The notes under the pieces: model-generated
What the model was told of the DNA's origin: nothing
What the model saw: the letters and a program-made list of their open reading frames with translations, nothing else
Database searches by the model: none
Program-made: the position numbers and the translations under genes
Shown: one piece after another, positions 56,781-64,000 of the stretch
Layout of the letters: every line of letters begins with the position of its first letter
How positions within the stretch are numbered: the stretch's first letter is position 1
Origin: a virus
DNA length: 64,000 nucleotides
Virus record (IMG/VR): IMGVR_UViG_3300035698_004085
Location: 64,001-128,000 of that record
Direction: 5' to 3' (one strand)

Positions 56781-57869
56781 ATGCTAGAAACATTATATTC
56801 AAAAGGCAAGAAAGAAGAGATCAGAGTTTGGCGAGTCTGGACAGAAGGAGCTTCAATTCTTTCTGAGCATGGAACTTTAGAAGGCAAGATGCAAATTGAC
56901 GAGAAGATTGCTAAACCTAAGAACGTTGGTAGAGCTAATGAAACGACTCCTGCTCAGCAAGCGGTGAGCCAAGCTGAGTCAATGTGGAAGAAGAAACTTG
57001 ATAAGGGATATTTCCCAAGTATTGAAGAGGCTAAGACTACTAAGGTTTTCTTGCCAATGCTTGCTTCCAAGTTTGAGGATAAGAAGCACAACCTTACTTA
57101 CCCTTGTGATGTTCAACCCAAATTGGACGGAGTAAGGTGCTTGGCATTCTGGGAGGGAGACAAGGTTAAACTGCTTTCAAGAGGAGGCAAGGAGTATAAC
57201 GTTCCTCACCTCAAGAAAGAGCTTGAGAGAGTGTTGACCGATAAAACTCAAGTATTGGATGGAGAGATTTACATTCATGGTGCTTCCCTTCAAGAGGTTA
57301 ATCGTCTTGTCAAGAAGAATCGACCAGAATCTGTAAACCTTCAATATTGGATCTATGATACTTTTTTGATTGACGGAGAAGTTGAGTGGTGGCATACTCG
57401 CTTGTCCGATTTAGAAATGTTCTTTGAGAATTATGAAGGAAGTATATTAGAGCAAACGACAACAACTACAGCACAAGATGAAGCACGAGTTTATGAGCTT
57501 CAAGGGATTTACGTTGAGGCAGGATTTGAGGGAGCTATTGTTAGAGAAGGATCTGCCCCGTATGCTTTGGGCAATCGTTCTTCTAAGCTTCTAAAGGTTA
57601 AGTCGTTCAAGGATGAGGAATTCCCCATTGTCGGATTTGGGGAAGGTGAGGGAAGATTTGAAAGCTGCGTTATCTGGGTTTGCCAAACTCCAGAGGGCAA
57701 AACGTTTAAAGTAGTGCCAAAGGGAACTATTGAACAAAAGAAGAAATGGTTTAGCGAAGCCGAGAAATATATTGACCAGTATCTGAAGGTCAAATTCTTT
57801 TCGTACACAGAGGATAACCTCCCTCAGTTCCCTGTAGGGCTAGACATTAGGCTTGAGGAGGATATGTAA
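56781..57869 (+). CDS. ATP-dependent DNA ligase
   Basis: QPKLDGVRC (KxDG), LDGEIY, IYD, GFEGAIVR, LLKVK, QFPV. Confidence 0.93.
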   Translation: MLETLYSKGKKEEIRVWRVWTEGASILSEHGTLEGKMQIDEKIAKPKNVGRANETTPAQQAVSQAESMWKKKLDKGYFPSIEEAKTTKVFLPMLASKFEDKKHNLTYPCDVQPKLDGVRCLAFWEGDKVKLLSRGGKEYNVPHLKKELERVLTDKTQVLDGEIYIHGASLQEVNRLVKKNRPESVNLQYWIYDTFLIDGEVEWWHTRLSDLEMFFENYEGSILEQTTTTTAQDEARVYELQGIYVEAGFEGAIVREGSAPYALGNRSSKLLKVKSFKDEEFPIVGFGEGEGRFESCVIWVCQTPEGKTFKVVPKGTIEQKKKWFSEAEKYIDQYLKVKFFSYTEDNLPQFPVGLDIRLEEDM

Positions 57870-58378
57870 TGTCTCCTGAATACTTTATGCTTTTGTGGCT
57901 ACTTTTAAGTTTATGCACTACTCCTCTTGCTATGCTAACTGCTTACAAAATGGATTCTTATGCAGATGGAGGCTATCCCCCTGGGAACATTATAAGGGTT
58001 AAAGACGTTGCATATGCCTTTATGTGCTGCCTCGTAACGGGTCCTATCGCTCTAATTCTTTGCTCGATGGTCTGGTTCAGTTGGGGTTTATGGTATTTAT
58101 TCTCAAAAATACCTAAGGATAACTCTGTATTTAAGTTCTTTAATGTGAAAATAATCGAGAAACGCTGAAAGGATATGTAAAATGGGAAATAAGACTTGTA
58201 AGGCTCTAATCGTTGGATCACACAGATACGTTGATAGGCTCTCTATCAGAAATCACGAAGGGCATGATCTAAGACCGGCATTAAGCGAAGCAGGATTCAA
58301 GGAGGAAGAAAAGGTTGTAATTATTACTCAAGAAGAGTATGACTATCTCCTTCTCCAGGAAGCACAAGGACCTTCAGC

Positions 58379-58900
58379 ATGATTGATCCTCCCAATAGGC
58401 TGACTAAAGATACTATGTTCATGAGTCTCGCTTATCTTACAGCGATGCGCTCGCCTGACGATTCTACAAAGATTGGTGCAGTAGTAGTAGGTCCTGATGA
58501 TGAGGTACGCTCAATGGGCTATAACGGGCTTCCTAGAGGATGTGATGACTTTGATAGTAACCGGCATGAAAAGCCTGAGAAATACTATTGGTTTGAGCAT
58601 TCTGAGAGAAATAGTATATATGCCGCAGCAAGAATGGGAACGCCGTTAAAAGGCTGTAGAATGTATACTCAGGATGTTCCTTGTGCTGATTGTGCAAGGG
58701 CTATTATTCAATCTGGGATAGTAGAGGTTATCGTTCATGAGCAATTTAGCGAGTTTCAAGATAATAATAAATGGGTAGAAAGCAAGTTAAGAACCTTGAC
58801 AATGTTTGACGAATGTGGTATAAGCCTGAGAGAATGGGTAGGCGAGATACCTCAAATGTATGGTAGGAAGAATAACCAGTTTGTTTTTGGAGATGACTAA
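58379..58900 (+). CDS. dCMP deaminase
   Basis: GAVVV, GYNGLPRG, HSERN, PCADCARAIIQSGI. Confidence 0.92.
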   Translation: MIDPPNRLTKDTMFMSLAYLTAMRSPDDSTKIGAVVVGPDDEVRSMGYNGLPRGCDDFDSNRHEKPEKYYWFEHSERNSIYAAARMGTPLKGCRMYTQDVPCADCARAIIQSGIVEVIVHEQFSEFQDNNKWVESKLRTLTMFDECGISLREWVGEIPQMYGRKNNQFVFGDD

Positions 58901-59561
58901 ATGACTTTTATAACGATATTAATGTGGTGGGGAATTCTTGGGTTAATAGGATCACTGTCTTGGGCAGCATTGTCTATTTATGTACAGAGAAAATTTATGT
59001 TTGTCGATTTCTTAATAGCCTTAGTCCTTCTCTCTTCAGGACCTTTAGGAGTTGTTAGTATGATCTGTTCTAGTACCAAAACAGTAATTCAGCATTTTAA
59101 TAAGAAAAGGGAGAAGAGTAAATGATTTATATTATGTGTTTACTAATTAGCGTTAGTGTAGCGGGAGTTGTCTTAGCAATCAAAGCAAAAGACTATTCTC
59201 CAGAGGCAAACGCTGCGTTAGGAGTTGTTGTAGTGTCTAGCATTATCTTGTTTTTCTGTTCTCTGGCGTTTATTTCTAATTATCGAAACAGCGTTAAAAC
59301 AGTACAAGAGAATAAAGCTACTCAACAAACCCTTGACAAATCCAGGGCCAAAGGTTTCACCCAAGAAGCGGAAAGGGTGGAGGCGATTGGCAGGATCATT
59401 GACCATAACAGTAAGTTAGCGACTGCTCAGTACTGGAATAATAATTGGTTCTTTGACTCCATGATTGACGATACTGTTGACAAAATTAAGCCTGTTGAGT
59501 AGTTCGTCAACGGTTCGCTAACTCCTTTTTAATTTATTTTCAAACTTTCTTTACATTTTTG

Positions 59562-59590
59562 TTGACAACGCTTTTTGTTGGTGTTAAGCT
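59562..59590 (+). promoter_or_regulatory. Sigma70-type early promoter
   Basis: TTGACA-N17-TAAGCT. Confidence 0.85.
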
Positions 59591-60251
59591 TTATTCAGGA
59601 CAGGGAAACCACAAACAACGGGAGAATCAAAATGAAAAACTCAAAAGTCAAACAATGGTTCTGTATTGGTTGTGATGATGGTCCTTGTCTCAGAAAAGCG
59701 GAGCATCAGCCTTGTGACATACAGTGTCCTTACGCTGAAACCAATAGTCATGAGTGCTCTTGGCAAGAAGTTCCTAAAGGTAAGACTGCCCAACAAGCGG
59801 TGAATAACGCTTTTCATAAGAAATTCGATGAAAGGATAAACATCCCAGAGGAATCTATTAAGTTTATACGAGATGATGAGTGCCTAAGGTGTGGTGGAAC
59901 CGTTGTTTCAGGAGATGAAGCACATCAAGGGTACGACGGCTATCCTTATTGCGAAGACTGTGGAGAGGTTTAAAAATGGCTAACGTAAGTAAATGTGAAT
60001 GTGGTCGTAGGAAGTCTAACTTCTTGAGCAGGTGTAACTCTTGCCAAAAGGTTTGGGACGATGAGCGTATTTCCCAAGCTTTGGCAATAGTTGAGAAAGG
60101 TGTTTGCCCAGAATGCGGTCAAGGGCTTAAGAGAAACCTATCTATTGCCGGTTGGTGGCAATGTAAGCAATTTGGTGCTGAAGGCTTTAGAATCGACGCT
60201 AACAAGCCTTCTTGTAGCTTTCAAACGTTTACTGTTTAAAGGAGAATCAAA

Positions 60252-60557
60252 ATGAAGAATAAGCATATCCATAGCATGTTTGAAATTCTGGAGGCTGAGC
60301 TTTTTGCTCAAGAGTTGCCCTTGCATTTCTTTGACCGGATTAACAAGGTCAAGAAAGACTTTCAGGAGCGTTGCCTTCAAGATTTGTCAGAATTGAGCGA
60401 AGAAGAAAAAGCCGTTTTGGAAGAGAACATGACAACTAGAGGACGTATCCGCGCCATTAAGTCATATCGTGAGAGAACTGGAGCATCTTTGTCAGACGCG
60501 AAAAGCGTAGTTGACAAGTATTTCTTCGCACTTCTCGAAAAGAACAAGGAGAACTGA
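60252..60557 (+). CDS. Protein with a ribosomal bL12 C-terminal-domain-like motif
   Basis: RIRAIKSYRERTGASLSDAKSVVD matches KI.vIK.vR..TG.gLkeAK..V[ED]. Confidence 0.7.
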   Translation: MKNKHIHSMFEILEAELFAQELPLHFFDRINKVKKDFQERCLQDLSELSEEEKAVLEENMTTRGRIRAIKSYRERTGASLSDAKSVVDKYFFALLEKNKEN

Positions 60558-61250
60558 AAAATGACACAGCTAGTAAACTATGATCAATTGTATATTTCTT
60601 TTAACGAAGGACCGTTTGTGGTTGTAAAAAAAGAAAAGCAGTATAGGATAGAGGAGCAAAGTTGTAAAGACTCTATTAAGTCTTGTTTACCTCATGAGCC
60701 TTCTACTCATAAACTGTTGGATAGTCTAGGGCTAAGCGGGTGGACTCCTGATCCACTGCTGGCTATGAACGTTTGTAACAAGCTGAACGGTCGGTTACCT
60801 CAGAAGTCTGAACAGCTCAAGCTTAAGGATCTCATCAAGGCTGCTCAAGACTTCGTTGAGTATGGAGAAAATGGTGGGCGAGAGGACGGAGACAACGGGC
60901 TTGACTACATCTACTATACGGAGAAGTTTGACGCTCTAAAGGCTGCTGTAAAAGCATTGAAGGAGAATTAAGATGATTATTCGCTGGACGACAAAGCGTG
61001 TATATAAGCATGATGGGGCAAAGCTCGGGTCAGGACTTCGTAAGTGGAAAAGAGTGTTAAAGACTACACTATGGATCTTGTTTATCCCAATCTTTACTAA
61101 AACTGTTGACCCAGGATTTAGGAGGTAATTAAGGTAGACGAACTACTTAAATAACTTTGCCTCAATAAATATAAAATAAGTAACTTTAAGCTAGACAACA
61201 GTGTGTGAAGTATAATATAGTAGATTCAAGAAGCTAAAGGAGCTTAAGCT

Positions 61251-61592
61251 GTGGAATTAACCTCAAAAATCGCTAGGAAAAAGGTCAATACTGATATGTG
61301 GGCAACGATAATTGATAAATATGCCCAAGATATGAGCCAAGCACCTGAACAAATCGACCCAACTGCTATTCAAATGGGTCAAAGCATTTATGACGGCACT
61401 GGAACAGAATATGTCGTTATTGAGGATGATCCTACCACAACTGATAAAACCGTAATGCCAGCAGACCAATCAGGCTCAGACTTACCAGAAGGAGTCAAGA
61501 CTGTTCAGGATACGGAACTTTCTTCAGAATTCAACGTGCAACCTGCTGAAGGAATAGTAGCAAGCATTGAACCAGAGTTTGTAAGGGGATAA
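61251..61592 (+). CDS. Acidic protein with a basic N-terminus and a DKYAQ motif
   Basis: RBS AAGGAG; opens the second leader-cargo cluster. Confidence 0.6.
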   Translation: MELTSKIARKKVNTDMWATIIDKYAQDMSQAPEQIDPTAIQMGQSIYDGTGTEYVVIEDDPTTTDKTVMPADQSGSDLPEGVKTVQDTELSSEFNVQPAEGIVASIEPEFVRG

Positions 61593-61878
61593 AGAAGATG
61601 TTAAAGCAAAGAGGAATAAGTGAAGAAGGCTTAAAGAGAATAAGTAAGGTTATCGGACAAGCTAGTTCTTCATTTGAAGAGGACCTTGCTAACTTTATAT
61701 GGGAGAGCGACGGAACTAAAGAAGAAATACTACAAGAGCTTAAAGTCGAATATCCAAACGCTACCTTATCACAAATTATGAAAGCCTGGGACGTAGCTTA
61801 CTACTAGCTATTAACTCGTAAGAGGATAAAGAAGATGTTAAAGCAAAGAGGAATAAGTGAAGAAGGCTTAAAGAGAAT
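61587..61878 (+). repeat. 55-bp identical direct repeat (61587-61641 and 61824-61878) covering RBS and leader
   Basis: GGATAAAGAAGATGTTAAAGCAAAGAGGAATAAGTGAAGAAGGCTTAAAGAGAAT occurs twice. Confidence 0.93.
61598..61807 (+). CDS. Leader-plus-cargo acidic protein
   Basis: MLKQRGISEEGLKRI leader. Confidence 0.72.
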   Translation: MLKQRGISEEGLKRISKVIGQASSSFEEDLANFIWESDGTKEEILQELKVEYPNATLSQIMKAWDVAYY

Positions 61879-62062
61879 TGCCAATTCATCTATTGCTCAA
61901 CCCGCGCTTGAGCAGCTTAGGCAAGATATGAACACTTCCATTAAATCCTTGTATGAAGGTTTAACATCAGAAGAAGATAGACTTACTCTCGATGACCTTT
62001 ATGATGAATTTATGGCAGGAATTCAAGAATTAATTAGTTACCCAGCAAACGAAGAATATTAA
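61835..62062 (+). CDS. Leader-plus-cargo acidic protein
   Basis: MLKQRGISEEGLKRI leader. Confidence 0.72.
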   Translation: MLKQRGISEEGLKRIANSSIAQPALEQLRQDMNTSIKSLYEGLTSEEDRLTLDDLYDEFMAGIQELISYPANEEY

Positions 62063-62072
62063 GGAATATAAA

Positions 62073-62339
62073 ATGAAGTTACTAGAACAAAGAGGAATCA
62101 CTAACGAAGGTATCAAGAGACTATCTAAAGTAGTTAAAAAGTCTGGAGCTTCTGAGATAGTTAACCAGATTATGCAAGCAGTTGATCCTCTTATTAACGA
62201 CCTTTTCTTACAACTTCCTGATTCTGCGTCAGAAGATCAGTTAGACGAGCTATATACTGGATTCCTTCGGGAACTTAACGAAATTGTATCTCCAGGATCT
62301 CTGGATGATCTTAAAAACTCTGATGAGATAGGATATTAA
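62073..62339 (+). CDS. Leader-plus-cargo acidic protein
   Basis: MKLLEQRGITNEGIKRL leader; cargo resembles that of 61835 (LDELYTGF vs LDDLYDEF). Confidence 0.72.
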   Translation: MKLLEQRGITNEGIKRLSKVVKKSGASEIVNQIMQAVDPLINDLFLQLPDSASEDQLDELYTGFLRELNEIVSPGSLDDLKNSDEIGY

Positions 62340-62340
62340 A

Positions 62341-62814
62341 ATGAAATTGCATGGAATAGACGTAGATGGAATGAAGAGAATCGCTAAGAAAGCCCAGATG
62401 GAAGATTCTGGTCCTAGCCCTAGCTTACACCAGGAGTTGGTAGATGCAGGTATCCCAGTAGAGAACCATGAGTCTGACTTGTATTTCCCAGTTACTCCTG
62501 AAACTCAAGCAATTGTAGAAAGCTCTGAGTTCGGTCAAAGTGTAGAAACTTTTACAGACAATATTGACGGAGAACAATGGTTTGATGCTCCTTTCCAGTA
62601 CGATCCTTCTCTAGGTAATAAAATGGCATCTGAGAAAGAAGCTGCATCAGACGATGAAACCTGGGATAAGCTTGACCTTATTCGTACAGCCTTAGACGAT
62701 ACTGAAATTGTGGACAATCTTATTAAAGGTCTGTCCTCTGAAGAAGCTAATAGCTCACTAGACTATATTATTCAAATGTATGATCTTTCTTCAGAAGAAG
62801 GAATGGAGTATTAA
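62341..62814 (+). CDS. Leader-plus-cargo acidic protein (two modules)
   Basis: MKLHGIDVDGMKRIAKKAQ leader; internal ASEKEAA linker. Confidence 0.72.
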   Translation: MKLHGIDVDGMKRIAKKAQMEDSGPSPSLHQELVDAGIPVENHESDLYFPVTPETQAIVESSEFGQSVETFTDNIDGEQWFDAPFQYDPSLGNKMASEKEAASDDETWDKLDLIRTALDDTEIVDNLIKGLSSEEANSSLDYIIQMYDLSSEEGMEY

Positions 62815-62815
62815 A

Positions 62816-63220
62816 ATGAAGTTGCACGGAGTTACGCCTGAAGGAATGAAACGTTTAGCTAAGGTTGCTCAAATGGATGAAGAACCCATGATGGGCGGGG
62901 GCTTGTCAGACGTAGAAGACTTAGTTCTATTTATAGATAATTCAGGCGAGCTTTATCCTCAAACGCAAGAGATTCAAAAGAGTCTTATTCAAAAAATTCA
63001 ACGCGGAGTTTATGATTCAGATCAGGCACCTCAGCTTTGGAGCTATCTAGTAGAAGCTGGCGCAAAACAGTACGTTCAAGAAATGAACGACGGAATGTCT
63101 TGGTTTCAAAAATTCCCCCCAGAAGTTAGACAAGAAGCGGCTCAAATGATGGCTGAAGAGTTTGATGAAGAAATCTCTTTTGCTGGAGACGAAGATCTTA
63201 ACGAGCACTTCGGAGTCTAA
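62816..63220 (+). CDS. Leader-plus-cargo acidic protein
   Basis: MKLHGVTPEGMKRLAKVAQ leader. Confidence 0.72.
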   Translation: MKLHGVTPEGMKRLAKVAQMDEEPMMGGGLSDVEDLVLFIDNSGELYPQTQEIQKSLIQKIQRGVYDSDQAPQLWSYLVEAGAKQYVQEMNDGMSWFQKFPPEVRQEAAQMMAEEFDEEISFAGDEDLNEHFGV

Positions 63221-63226
63221 GCTATA

Positions 63227-63793
63227 ATGACTTTACCTCGCACCAAAGGTCTTTCTGAAGCAAGTTATAATAGGCTTGCTGCAACCTATTTTGGAGAAGA
63301 TGATCCTTATTCTGAGAAGGTTGTTAAGAAACAAGACGCCTGGATGCGCATGAAGGATAAAAAAGAAACCAATCTCGAAAATTGGAAAAGCCAAGCTAAC
63401 GGAAAACCAACCAATTATCCTCATAAAGAATCTTCCTCAAAAACTGATGAAATAGATAATTCAGAAAACTTAACACCTGTTTCATCAAACTCGACCTTGA
63501 CTAAATCTAGGTCAAAATCACCCTTAGCCTCTAAGCAAAACTCTCATACATCTCGCACAGTTAAGTCTCAATCTGACCCTCTTTCTGACTCCCCTATCCT
63601 TGATAATAGCTTTGATTTTTCGAGTTTTCCAGAAGAAGGAAAAATAGGATTCTCAGAGGCTAAATCTCTTATCTTAGAAATGATTCAGCAGGGCTTTGAA
63701 GACGTTGACATACTTATTCAGGTGAACGAACGATTCACCAAAGACGTTTCTGACATGGCTTTGCAAGAATGTCGTAGAAAAGGACTTATTTAA
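63227..63793 (+). CDS. Protein with a divergent leader and an SRTVKSQ linker
   Basis: MTLPRTKGLSEASYNRLAA. Confidence 0.6.
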   Translation: MTLPRTKGLSEASYNRLAATYFGEDDPYSEKVVKKQDAWMRMKDKKETNLENWKSQANGKPTNYPHKESSSKTDEIDNSENLTPVSSNSTLTKSRSKSPLASKQNSHTSRTVKSQSDPLSDSPILDNSFDFSSFPEEGKIGFSEAKSLILEMIQQGFEDVDILIQVNERFTKDVSDMALQECRRKGLI

Positions 63794-63940
63794 AATGACT
63801 GCATGGATTAAAGACAGAGTATGGACTTACCCAACCTTAATTATCCCAGCTACTTTAGTTGTTATTGCTCAAATAGCGAGTCTTATCGCGTACTTAGCCT
63901 AGTTTCTCTCCCTCTTTCTTAAAGAATTCCTAAAAAGAAC

Positions 63941-63969
63941 TTGACAACCCCTGTTTAATGTAGTAAGCT
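63941..63969 (+). promoter_or_regulatory. Sigma70-type early promoter
   Basis: TTGACA-N17-TAAGCT. Confidence 0.8.
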
Positions 63970-64000
63970 GCTCTTGGTAACTTAATTACTAGGAGATTTT

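Noticed and set aside
557-63424. Minus-strand ORFs throughout the window
   Set aside because: All are short antisense shadows of + strand genes or RNAs with no recognisable motifs
1-64000. Genome-wide stop-codon reassignment
   Set aside because: Conserved genes are intact under the standard code, TAA, TAG and TGA all end genes, and no suppressor tRNA was found

Overview
This 64 kb window looks like part of a large (jumbo-type) lytic dsDNA phage genome. It is AT-rich, uses the standard code, and essentially all credible genes are on the + strand. (1) 0.2-20.4 kb is a replication/recombination module: sliding-clamp-like protein, family A DNA polymerase with a Cys-rich insertion, amidase, DnaX, gp32-like SSB, RecA, DNA methyltransferase, SbcD/SbcC, RuvC and a trigger-factor-like chaperone. 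(2) 20.4-34.5 kb and 61.2-63.8 kb encode very acidic, probably virion-internal proteins. They are built from modules separated by basic (A/S)-x-K/R..-A|Q linkers, and several share an N-terminal G[IVL]xxEG[LIM]xR[LI] leader that is duplicated at the DNA level ahead of unrelated cargo. (3) 34.6-37.5 kb is a class II ribonucleotide reductase with a 130-aa mini-intein. (4) 37.6-61 kb is an early/accessory region with 14 near-consensus TTGACA-N17-TAAGCT promoters, two NSGxx pentapeptide genes, Dam, an SLT, HNH genes, KptA, an HD hydrolase, DNA ligase and dCMP deaminase. It also holds a dense non-coding RNA island (45.7-49.5 kb) with a tmRNA, tRNA-Asn, four tRNA-like RNAs that lack a usable anticodon, a permuted (Y-RNA-like) tRNA mimic, several unexplained multi-stem RNAs and a hammerhead ribozyme. 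The best candidates for an undescribed system are the tRNA-scaffold/mimic RNA island and the leader-plus-cargo/polyprotein system. All assignments come from reading the sequence; no searches or folding programs were run.
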